From: Nageia nagi
Lineage: Eukaryota; Plantae; Pinophyta
Assembly (NCBI GenBank): GCA_050084985.1
Contig: JBITNC010000002.1
Location: 39,556,001 to 39,620,000, forward strand
Reading direction: 5' to 3'
DNA length: 64,000 bases
Below the pieces are notes generated by a model, which was not told where the DNA came from, made no database searches, and worked only from the letters and a program-made list of their open reading frames with translations. Of the stretch, positions 1-12,200 are shown piece after piece. Numbering within the stretch: the stretch's first letter is position 1; each line of letters starts with the position of its first letter. A program made the translations under genes and the position numbers.

Positions 1-207
1 TTTTCAAATGGATTAAGCTAGAAACTAAATAAAAACAAACCAACAGTAAAGCGCCTAAGAGAATGCTAGAGTTTTTGGTGCATACAAGAGTAATTGCAAC
101 GAAACTCTCTTTGTTATTTCAATTTCGTTGGTCCTGAATGCAAAGCTAACATTCGATTGATAAACTATTTTCCATGCTTGTATTTTTCAAGAAGAAATTC
201 AAAATCT
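1..207 (-). pseudogene. Truncated, decayed copy of the 3' end (last ~30 codons plus 3' UTR) of the gene at 60089-60776
   Basis: 1-207 aligns with 59975-60185. The minus strand reads EFLLEKYKH-GK*FINRMLALHSGPTKLK* versus EFLLEKYRHARKQFINGMLALHSGPTKLK*, i.e. a premature stop and a 3-bp deletion. Homology ends abruptly at ~207. Confidence 0.9.
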
Positions 208-699
208 CCATAATGAAAGGGGTGAGATTCAAGAGTCTCAATGAATCCATCATAACATAAAGTCTATTATCAAGAGCAAATTGAAGATTAAGTGTACTAA
301 GTATCCAACATAATGACACTCATGCTATGGCATGCAAACATGGGGAACCATATTACCTGAATGATTGAATGCAAATATAATAGCTATACTTACCAGTAAG
401 AACTCCATGGATTCATTCACAATAGCCCCCTAAAATCATGATAAATGGTTTCAATCACAACAACCCCCTAAAACTAATGTCATACCATCCGATGAATTGA
501 AATTGAATGAAATGATATGTAATGCTATGCCATGTTATGATTATAGTTATATATCTATATACATCATCCATAATCAAATATAATAGTAATATTTACATAC
601 TATTATATCTTCATTATATATTCTAATGAATAAAATGAAATTCACAAGTCAATTTATAATCAAATACAATAGTAAAACATAGAAGGCATTTTGTCAAAC

Positions 700-1960
700 A
701 ATTCATAGGAAACTTAAAAACGTAGCTAAATAAAATAGTCCCACAAAAAAGCAAACTGCTCTTTCTCAAAGCATTAACTTACTAAACAATTTATGGGTTT
801 TATTGTACATGATGTCTTCTCACAACCCTCAAAGTTTCAGAACAATCCAAGTTTGTATGAGGGAGTTATGCCCAAAATACAAACAATATATTTTTAGAAA
901 ATTATCAAGAAAAGCTACAATTTTGGAAAAGATTTTTTTAACATCAAATGGGGGAAAAAAAAGTTCAACACTTCTAATATTTCCTCATGAATGAAATGAT
1001 AACATGTTTCAAAATTTATTTTTCAAATTTGACCATTATGAAATTACCCAAATCAAATCAAATGATATCTCTATGATTTGAACAGTGAAACTCATGTTCT
1101 TGAAAAGGAATCACATCCACATCATGGTTCCTCATAATTTCTTGTAATTCAACCCATTATACTATGATAATGATATGATATAGTACGTAAAACTTAAATA
1201 AATCATTTTACCCTCATTAAATGACATTAACTAGTGATGGAATCACCTTACAACATACAACCAAAAAAATTGATCCTCCAAGATTCCCACTTTGAAAGTT
1301 TCTCCATAATTTGATAAAGGTAGGGTTTTAATAACTATGAGGGTTTCTCTACAAATATTCCAAGTGCTTTACAACCAAAACTCCTCTACAACCAGAAGTA
1401 TGGCATTTTTCATATTTTTTCTCCTTTTAACAATGACAACCATCATTTTGATAGATCTTTATGCTAAAACGAAAAGAGGGAGGGTTTCTATCATGGTAGC
1501 CATGATTGCATTTCATATCTTTACCTTTTTTCTTTCTTTCTTCCCATGTGGTTTCAGAATGGGAGTGTTAGGTACATTTATTTTTTCTTTTTTCTTAATC
1601 TCAACCTTAGATTCAATTTTTCCCTAGATCCAACAACTGTGGTAATTTCCAAGCAAATAAGGAATCTTCACCATTTTCCATGTGAGTGGCATATCCAAAA
1701 TGTTTTGTTATCCTTGCTAGGGTAAATATTTTCATATTTTAGAGTTTAAATATATTTCCATGGCCTTGAATGGTTTTTCCTTCAAAAGGAATATTTGTAC
1801 TATATTGTTTACCACATGCAATAAATAAGCTATGTTACTCATAAAATCAACAAAACTTTTAAATAAGTAAACCATATCTTTATTTTTCGGAATAAAATAT
1901 GGCAATGAATCTATAGTGCTAAGATAAATATGTTTATCAATGCAATTCATCATGTAAGAT
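700..1960 (-). mobile_element. Highly degenerate Ty3/Gypsy pol relic (RT start, RNase H and integrase traces)
   Basis: ORF 1732-1953 (IDKHIYLSTIDSLPYFIPKNKD) resembles the Gypsy RT start motif LxKGxIxPSxSPxxxPxxxVPKKD. Further along the minus strand are fragments KTLPLSNYGETFKV (RNase H-like) and GLF...*EDIM (integrase GLYxPL..PWEDISMD-like). Many stops and frameshifts; boundaries approximate. Confidence 0.4.
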
Positions 1961-2499
1961 ATGAGGTGGTTATGAATAATCCCAAGTAAATTTAATATAC
2001 CATGCTAAGAGTACAAAACATGTGCAAGAAAATTTGCTAGGACTATTTTTCCACCAAATACAAACAATTACGATCAAGGAAATGCAAAATCATTGAGAGG
2101 GGAAGAGAGGATCACGACAATTACTATAACAAATTTTAAAAAATTGCTATACAGAAAAAGGGAGAAAAAATAGGTTTGTGACATAACAAGAGTCAAGGGA
2201 CCCTACACAAATTGATATCAAAGCCACTTCATTTATTAAACCAATTCAGATATATGAATAAAAAATGTAAATAATAAGGAATAAATAGTAAATAATAATA
2301 AGTGAATAATAATAAATACAAATAAATTTAATTAATGAATGTAAATAAGTAGATATAATTAATAATAAATGTATAATTAATTGGTAAGTAATAAATATAA
2401 TTAAGAAATAGTAAATGTAATGTAATAATGTGTAATAAATATAAGTAGTAAACAATAAATGTAATTAATAATTATAATATAATGTCATTTTCGTTTGGG

Positions 2500-2704
2500 T
2501 GACTAATTTTGAGTGATAATTATTCAATCATTTATTTAGTCATTTTTATTTTCTAACCTTGTAATTTTACCTGATGACTAAATTAATATCTTTTTAGTCA
2601 TTTATAATTATGAATTGCAAAAAATTAATACAATTTGATAAATTTTAGTCACGTGACTAAAGTTTTTAGTCACATAGTCATATATCTACCAAAATTCACT
2701 AATA
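2500..2704. mobile_element. Older, eroded right terminus of the same CACTA family as 2928-7386
   Basis: 2565-2704 aligns with 7224-7386, sharing TTTAGTCA/TGACTAAA subterminal motifs. The terminal ..CTACTAGTG has decayed to ..TCACTAATA. Confidence 0.65.
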
Positions 2705-2865
2705 ACATAAATATGATGATATTTGAGATGATATACTTTACCTATACTTACCTGCATGGAATAGGTGATTTTGAATTATTTTCTATAACTAAATTTTTTC
2801 TATTTCTAATTTTGAGCTCTAAATTTTTACCTTTTTGATCTTTGATATCTAATTTTTATCATGGC

Positions 2866-5800
2866 CCTAGCTAAAAACTCACACTGCCCATAGCTGAAAA
2901 TTATATTGCCCCCAATTGAAACTGATATACTAGTACAAAGCTAGCAATATATGACTAAATAAACTCCTAAACATTGTAGATAAATGACTATTTTTGATCA
3001 TGACCATTAGTAGTTTATTGTCGATTATTTATCTCATGACCAAATTTATGACTAAACTATGTTAGTAATTTATTTAATCATTGATTTAGTCATGAATTTA
3101 GTAGTATATTTAGTCATTGATTTAATCATATATTTAATCATTAATTTAATCATTGAATTAGTCATTAATTTAGTTGTATATTTAGTCATGATTTAGTAGT
3201 ATATTTAATCATATATTTAGTCATAATTTAATCGCAATATTTAGTCATTGCATTCATCATATATGTAATCATTGCATTAGTCATAAATTTAATCATTTTT
3301 ATTTATTGATTACCATTAGTTGGTAATAAATAAAGTCATGAAATAATTAATTTATTAAATACCATAAATTTTATAATACAAAAATAACATAATATGAAAT
3401 TTGAACTAAAAAAGATAAAACTAAATAAAAATATTACACATTTGAACAAGATACAACAAGCTAAAATTAAAAGATTAATTCAACATCATGATAAATAAAG
3501 GTAATGTGCAATTAAAAAATATTAATAGAAATATATCTATCAAATTATAAAATATCAAAGATGTCTAAGAGTGTATATGTAAATATAATAAAAAATGTCA
3601 AAGTTGTATAAGAGTTTCCAACTCTTTCAAAAACACCTTTATAATTAAAATCTCTAAACAAAAATAAATAAAATACTACATAAAGTAGTGATCCATGATG
3701 TCTAACAACTAGTACATGATAAACATATTGATCAACTACATGGTCATTTTTTGCAAATATTAAGTAGCCATCATGTGAAGGTTCCCTCTTTCTCTTTCAA
3801 GCAAGTAGCTCCATCTATTTTGTCCTCATAAGAAAGGGGTACATTACCTGTAACCTTTAAAATGTTTACATTTGCATCTCTCTTTCCTTTCAAGTTGATT
3901 CCATGTACAATTGATATAGAGTGAATTTATCCAATGCCTACAATATCACCATCAAATGGATCTAATACCTTAACTTTATCCCTTCTTTGAGTTTATCAAT
4001 ACATTTCTTAATAAAGAAAAAAGAATAACACATTATATCAATAAGTTATGAAAGGACACAAATATAAACAATCATTACCATGCATGCATACCAAACACAT
4101 AAGATTATGAGATCATGTTGCACATTTGATTAGTCTGAACTTTATCAAAAAATATTGTCTGCCAGTTTCATAAGTAAAATATAGTTCCTTAGAAATTATT
4201 TAAATAAAATTGTCATGTTATTTCATAAGTAAAATACAATTCCTTAAAAACTAATAGATTACCTCAACACAATATTATTGGGCATGTAAACATATAATCT
4301 CCATTGTTAACATCATTCTTTCTTACTTTGCAACTGACTATTATACTAGGCTATGCAATACAATTATATGTTATACTTTCCACATACATTAATCAGAAAG
4401 TTCCCAATGTTAACAATGATCATAACAAGCACATGAAGATAAATGTATAAATTAAGAGTAATATTTAATTGCTTTTAATTAATACATTGATATGTAACTT
4501 CATTATCCATAAACTGATTTCAAAAGTACAACATAAACTCTGTAATATCATCATAAATAGTTTAGAAACTCAATAAAATAAGTCACTTGCAATATATAGA
4601 ATATAAGAGCCTTCATTATGATCATGGAAGGGTCATATGATACACCTCTCCATAAGATATTCAGCCCATGGATATAAGAATCAATAAGGACTACATATCA
4701 AAATGAAATACATAACAAGAATATGAAATGATACATCACTTGAACATTCAAAATTGAATTCAAACTATCTTTTGTAACCAAAAACTAACAATGCATTAAG
4801 GAGAGCTAATACTTCTATGTAGAATCCCTAAAAGAAGTAGTAACAACAGATGATAAATAGTAACTATTGATCATATTGATATTCACTAGAATCATTCACA
4901 TCATTACACCCATGAATCCAATACCGCTATCATAATTAGCTTCTAAAACACAACATACAAGTTTACAAAACGGTATTATAAATCAAATAAAAATACCATT
5001 TTCTATTTCTAATTTGGAATAATAGCCATGAACATACAAGTGAGTTACAATAATGGGCTCAAATCAAGTTTAAAATTCCTCTCTACAACAAGAGCTAGAA
5101 CAAGCATGCAATCACTAAATGATAGAAATGGTTCAAGCTAGAAGTCTTCAACTAGGGTTCTATCTCTAAAAAAATAAATACAATTGAGTGTGATATTTTG
5201 CAATCTCAATGAGTTTAGGATTCAACTAAAAATGCCAATAAATTTTTTGTAAAGAATTGGAACACCATCTACATGCAAGTTAGTATCCTTGGAAAGGCAT
5301 GCATACAAGGAGGACTAACAAATTTAACTTCCAAAATGAAATAACAGGAATGACATGTAGCTGAGAAGATATGATGTGGTAAAGTATGATTCTTTTATGC
5401 AACATGTGTCTAAAAATGTAATGGAGGAATAATATTCAAAAAAATGTAGTAAGTATATCCATCCATCCATGCAAAATGAGTATTGTAGAACCAATTTAAA
5501 AATCATACATATTCATTCAAAGTAGATGATACTAACATAAATAAATGATACATAATGCATATCCATTGTATCTTTATTTTAAACATATTTCAATTAGTTT
5601 TTGAACTGGTTTACAATTTTTGCATTTGAAAAGAAAGGTGTTGGGGATTTATTTATCATGGATACAATCTCAAATTGTACCATGATCATGGCTGCCTACA
5701 TTTCTGTTCCTAACAAATTAAATCCATTCCTATAACTTATCAAATGTACAAGAAAAATAGTCTAAATCCTCATAGGATTGTTCCATAATTATGTTTCAGA

Positions 5801-7412
5801 ATTAAGCATGTTTTAAAATGCAATAATTACAAAAATTAAATGTTTCTTATTATTTTTGTAATGATACTTGTGCTATGGTGTTTCTTTCCAAGATCAATCA
5901 TTGGCAAAATTAGTCAAAACCTAAAAATTTCCTCAATCCTTAGCCAAATGAAACTCTTTTCTAAAATCATATGGACCCAATTTTAGCCTCATGAACTTCA
6001 TAAGGATAGGGTTCTAAATCCTTAAACTGAACCTAAACAATGAGAAACTAGCATAATACAAATCACTAGCAATTTGGTGCTCACAGGCTCAAAGAAAAAA
6101 AAATTTAATTATGTTAAGAAATGAAACTCCAACATAGATTTAATCAAAATAAAAGTTTGCTTGCTTACTTTAATGATTAAATAAGTACCCATCATGAGTT
6201 TGAGCCAAGACACGAATTTGTTCTCAAAAATGCAAAAATATCAGTCAAATATTGAAGGAAAACTCATCCAAAATTGATTCCAAGTAGAGATGAACTAAAT
6301 AAGATGATTCCTAAGTCTCCTTGTAGCCAAAATGACACTACTTAGGAAATAATCAAATAATGAACTTAGGGTTTGAGTTTTCAAACCCTTATGAATCATA
6401 TTGAAGCACAAGAAAGATCCCACGATGAGTAGATTTCATTTTCAACCTTCCCTCATGGCACCAAGATGCCCTTTCATCCCCAAAATTATGATTTGCAATA
6501 CCAAAAAGCTCCCACAATGTGGGTATAATAGATTCACCATATTTTTTACACCCCCATGTAATTTTTCATTCTAAAATAATTAATGGAGTAGGAGAAATCA
6601 ACTTGTAGGCTCAAAAACCTGCTCACAAACCCATCCATGGCGGCCTAAAATAGTTCATTTGGCTTCTACAATCATGGTGGCTAGGGTTTTCCTCTCATCT
6701 CTCTTTCTCCCACCTTCCAAACATTGTAAGCCAAATGATTAGGGTTTCAATGAACATGGAGGCTTTTGTTTTTCTAATTTTGTTTTCACTTTCCAAGCTA
6801 GATACTCAATGCTTGGAGAAAAATTAAGACATTTAATTTATTCCCCTCATGTTTAAAATACAATTCCTTTGTCATGGTTAAAACACGCAATGCACTCCCT
6901 TATAATTCAGGGTTTATTTATTTATTTTTAAATTTAAATCTAAAACTAAAAGACCCCCTATAATTTATTTTATTTTTGTTGATCTACCTTGACTTCTAAA
7001 TGCCAAGTATACGAATGGTACTATGTTTTTAAGAACCTTACACCATGTTAATACCAAAAAACATTTACATCAAACATTTTCCTTCATTTCCTACCTTATA
7101 AACATTACCTTGGAAATTAAAGCTATTTTAAGTAAATTTTAAAACAATAAATTTGACTTTTACTATCGAAAGATGCGAAAGGAGCAAAATAAAAAGCAGT
7201 TATGACATGATTTTACCTTGTGATTTTACCTAATGAATAAATTAATCATCTTTTTAGTCATTTATAATTACAAATTGTAAAAAACATAGTACAATTTGAT
7301 CAATTTTAGTCATGTGACTAATAGTTTTAATCACATGACTAAAATTTTATTCAAATAGTCATATATCTAACAAAAGTCTACTAGTGATACTGCCCCCAAC
7401 TGAGACAATATC
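2866..7412. repeat. ~22-bp tandem repeat (ATACTGCCCCCAACTGAAACTG-like) split by the CACTA insertion
   Basis: Units ACACTGCCCATAGCTGAAAATT and ATATTGCCCCCAATTGAAACTG lie left of 2928. ATACTGCCCCCAACTGAGAC resumes in register at 7387. Confidence 0.75.
2928..7386. mobile_element. CACTA (En/Spm) DNA transposon, non-autonomous or decayed, ~4.46 kb
   Basis: The right end ...TACTAGTG (7386) is the reverse complement of CACTAGTA; the left end is TACTAGTA (2928, C>T). A 3-bp TSD ATA is at 2925-2927 and 7387-7389. Dense TGACTAAA/TTTAGTCA subterminal repeats occur at 2950-3300 and 7250-7370. No intact transposase ORF was seen. Confidence 0.85.
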
Positions 7413-9299
7413 CACCTTATCTTGATTTTTCTTTTTTTTTTTTATTTTTATTTTTTTGATAAAATGCAACTAATATGGGATGCATAACTAGACACAAGAC
7501 TAACTTATACATGAGATATTTGATTAGAATGGTAAATTTGAGAATCTTGATGATAGATAGAGATAAGAAAAATGTTTGGTGAAAGAAGAAAACTTGATGA
7601 AATGATGAGGATGAAAAGATGAAAAATAAAATAAGAAGAAATAGAACATGATTGAAAATATGAATATGCGAAGATAACATGATTAAAACTTAATAAAAAA
7701 TTTCATGGTTACCAAATACATGCAAGGGACTAACTCATGATATGCAACCTATATGAAATGCATCCTATATGATATGTAAAATTAGAAATTATAATATACT
7801 AGAGAGTGGTGGAACCACCACCATATTTAGCATATTTATCCATGAGAAAATACATTTCTTTGTTTAGATTGTCCATTGCATTTTCTTTACGTTGAGTTGT
7901 TGTTGTCTTAAGAAGATCAATAGTTTCAAGTTTTGCTAATGGATACAATGTGTTGAATGTTCCTATTTGAAAAAATATACTAAGGAGTTCAATATTAAAT
8001 TGATACTTTTCAAAAGGTCAATCTTTTTGCATTCTATATTCTTATAGCTGAATCTCAATTGGATCTAATTGGACTAAAAAAAATATTATGTTCTACTGAC
8101 CAGATGTTTCTTTTTCTACCTTCGATGGTGGATCAAAGTTTATGACATGGGCACCCTATTTAAGTTTTTCTATGGTGTGGGAATCTTGTGGTTTTGAATT
8201 TTCCTAAGATATTAACTTTTTCCAACATTATTTTGGTTTTTATTATTGAGGTTGAGTTTGAATTTGAGGTTTAGGTTTATGTTTGAGGTTGAGGTTTTTG
8301 GTTTTGTATTTCATCTTTCTCAATTTTTTTGCATATGGATCTTCTAATAATGAATCTAGTTCTTTCCTTATATTGCATGATATTTTTTTAAATCAAGATC
8401 AGTATAAATACCTAACATTAAATAAGGATTAGCTAATATATGGTCTTTAATTTTCTTGAGATGAAAGATTTTCAAATGCAATATCATACACTTCATATTT
8501 ATCCATAGCATCATTTATATATGTCTCAAAATCTATATCAACAGTAAAATCATCATCGCTATCAATGTCACTATCATTATCATTATCATTATTTTGATTT
8601 TCTATGATTGATACATTGTTTTGCACATCATCATCATTTGCACTAATTAAGTATGAATTTGATAAACTAATTTCATCATAAGATTGTTTGCTATTGTTAC
8701 TTTGCACAACATCCATATCCTTAGGTATGTCTTATTTATGAGAAGATGCAAATATATTACTTATCATATTTAAATATTCATGGAAACCACTTCTAGTTGT
8801 AATATCCATGGTAAAATGCAAGATCTAGTGTTTTGCGTAAAACTTTAAGAAATATGATAAAATAAGCACTTTTACATTATACAAAATTAAAACTTAATTG
8901 CTAGCATAGCATGTATATTTTATGGTGTGGGACATGTTTTATGATGCTAGAACTTTCAAAATTTAATTTTTTATGCAAAAATATTTTATTTGAAAATCTC
9001 TAAAATTCTTGACAAAAATGCATGCAATAAGCCCAAATTAATCTCAAAATGTTGCCCACTATGATGACCTATGGTTTTGGCAAGTTTTTATCATGAAACA
9101 AGTCATTAAATAGTTGTAAAATATTTTTAAAATTTATGATTTTTCAATGTAACATGTTTTGCAAAACATTTTCCAAAATTGATCAAAATATACAAATCTA
9201 GACTTAGAAAAAAAAATCAATTATATTTATCTATTTTTTCTTATTCTATTTTGCATCTCCTACACATGCACAAGGAGTTTTGGCCCATGGCCCTAGTTC

Positions 9300-12200
9300 T
9301 ATTTGTAATACTTTATTGCTTTTTCATTCATGGACTACGGATTTTTCAATAGCTAATGATGTATCCCTTAAGGTTCATGTATGGTTGAATTCCTTGATTT
9401 ACCTTTACCTTTATGGCCTCATTTTTAGCATATTATAGCTCCTCTTAGAGAAATTATCTACTAAGATAAGGATAATTTTTTTTTGCTTGCCCTCACCATC
9501 ATTACTATGTGAAGGTTGACTTGTCTCAAGACCTTTAGCATCATGTTGATATTTAGATAGGAGAGACTAATTTCCATCAAAAAGTATATTATATTAATAT
9601 AAAAAATACCTATTATATGTGTCATTCCAATACCCATATGATTTGTGAGTGTCCTTTGATGGAAGGTAATTTTAAGCCTAAGAAAGTGATTATAATTCAC
9701 CCCTAGTGGAAAGAATCCCAAGCCTACTCAGGGGGAATAGTCCATTCTTACTCATAAAGGCAAGAATGGAAAAAATAGTAACATTTCCAATGGTAAAATT
9801 TCTACTATAGAAGGTGGTTTTGGTTGGGTAACACTTCTAATGATACTAGAAAATAATTTTGTTCATAAAGGTGGTTCTATTATAGTCCTTCAAGTTCCTT
9901 CATCTCAATTGGTTAAGACTCCATCGACACTTATGTTGCACCTGATAATGATTTTCTCATAATCCTAGTATATGGTTATTGTTTAATCTCCTCCTTGAGG
10001 GTGGGAAATCTTTCAGACACATGGTGGCTGAAAGTCCCATAGGCCTCCCTATTGTTCTTTTCATCCAAAGAAATGTTACCATTTTACTCTGATTTTGAAT
10101 GACCAAGATGGTATTTTGAGTAATCCTTATGAATTACTCTTTGGGTTTAAGGACTCAAAGGAGGTGGAAACCGAAATCATGGATCGTTTTTTTAAATATT
10201 TTTATGTCATGAAATGTTAGAGGGTTGTTGAACCCTACTCATAAATATTTCATCCAAAATGAGATTATTACTTGCATGCATTAGTTAGGTGCATTAGGTG
10301 TTTTATGTTTACAAGAAATCAAGGTGTCAGGTTTCTATTTGTAGTCAGTTTGCATGTGATTTAGCTGAAGAGCCACTTTTATATTACTAATCATTATGAT
10401 AGAAATGGTGTTGTTTCTTTTTTTATTGCTAAAGGTGGCATTCCCATTTTGTTATCAGAGAATCAATCCCACCAACCAAGTTGTGTGGGTCATTCTCAAG
10501 TTAGCTGGTACATCCTTTGGTATTCTAAATATTTATGCTTCTAATAATGTGTCTAAGCATTGTTCATTATGGTATTGGATCATCATTTCTCTACCTCAAG
10601 CCATATGGGTACTATGTAGGGACTCTAATATGATTGAGCATGCCTCTGATAAGATTAGTATTCATCTTGCCAAGTGGCCTAATGGGAATAATCATGCTTG
10701 GTACTTCATGCAAAGTAAATTAGGTTTTATCGACCCTAATGCTTATTTTGTACAAATTGATTTTCCATGTTATCTTTGGTACACATGGTCCAATTTCCAA
10801 GTTGGAGATGCTCGTATCATATTTCATCTTGATCATACCATGTTTTTTGATAAAAAAATGTCTCACATCCATTGGCATAACAACTCGATGCTATTTGTAG
10901 AAGTCATGCCAAACACCACCACCTCAAATCATGCATCGATTCAATTCACCATTACTCATGATCATCTACCTTCTATGCAATGAATGAATTAGTTCTTCCT
11001 AAACATATCATTTCTAAATTCTCCTATGATAATTGTTGTTATTCATCATATTTGAAACTTAGTTCCCTACCCAGCTGGCATTACTAAACACATTAAGTGG
11101 TGGAATTGTTCTATATCGTGCATAATGATGTTGCTTCTCATCCTTGGGATGAAGGTTGCTAAATCCAAATGATGTTCTAATGCTGATTTATAGGAGGAAT
11201 TGATCATAGTTATGCCTTAGTTGGAAGTTGATCCTCTCTATTGCACCTCAATCTTAGGATACTTAAATTTACCAAGAGATTAAGATTGCAGACATCTATG
11301 ACACTCAAGGTGCTCAAATTAAAGCCAAAATGCATTAGCTTAAATTGGATGATAAAGTGACTAAGGAGTTTTTGAATCGGATCCAACCCATTTTCAAGCT
11401 ACTCAATTCAAATTCCTTCTTGATGGTCAAAATTGAGTCACCTCTATTATTGACATATCCAAGGTTTTTAAGCAATATTATTCTCAATTTTTGCTTTGTA
11501 GCAATCCAACACTCAAACCCTTGAGGCTATTTCTACCTATATGGATGTCATGCCCAATAAATTATCTACATATAAATGGTTAGAGTGTGACCAACTATTT
11601 CTATTGGATGATTTAAAAGAGGCTCCAACTCAAGTGGCCAATGATAAAGCTCTAAGTTTAGATGGTTTCCCCTATGAGTTTTTTAAAAATATTTGGGATA
11701 TGATTGGCCCTGACCTTCTTAAAGTTTATCAATAAGCTATGAATTGTGGGTCTTTGGGAAAATTCATCAATAAGGGAGTGATTAAGTTTATTCCCAAACC
11801 AAGTGATCCTAAAATTATTACAAATTGGTGGCCCAGTACTCTTTTAAATATCAGGTATAATATCATAGCTAAAGCTCTTGCTTTAAAGCTATGACCTCTT
11901 ATTCCTTTGATTGTTGGACCTAAGAAAAATGGTTTCATAAAAGGTCATTATATTATTGATAATTTTTTAGCTATATGGGAAGGAATTCAGTGGGCTAGGA
12001 TTAACTAGCGACCTACTCTTTTTGTTAATATTGATTTTGAGAAGGATTATGATAGAATTGAGTGATAATTTATTCTTGACATGCTCAAAGCTCTCAAGTT
12101 TGGGCAATATTTCATTCAATGAATCCACGTGTTATTTCAAGATGTAGTTGTTGTGCTTTCCATTAATAGTTCACATTCCTCTTCTATTAGTCTATTTCAT

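Noticed and set aside
2246-2480. 69-aa Y/I-rich ORF
   Set aside because: Low-complexity AT-rich (TAAATA-like) repeat, not coding.
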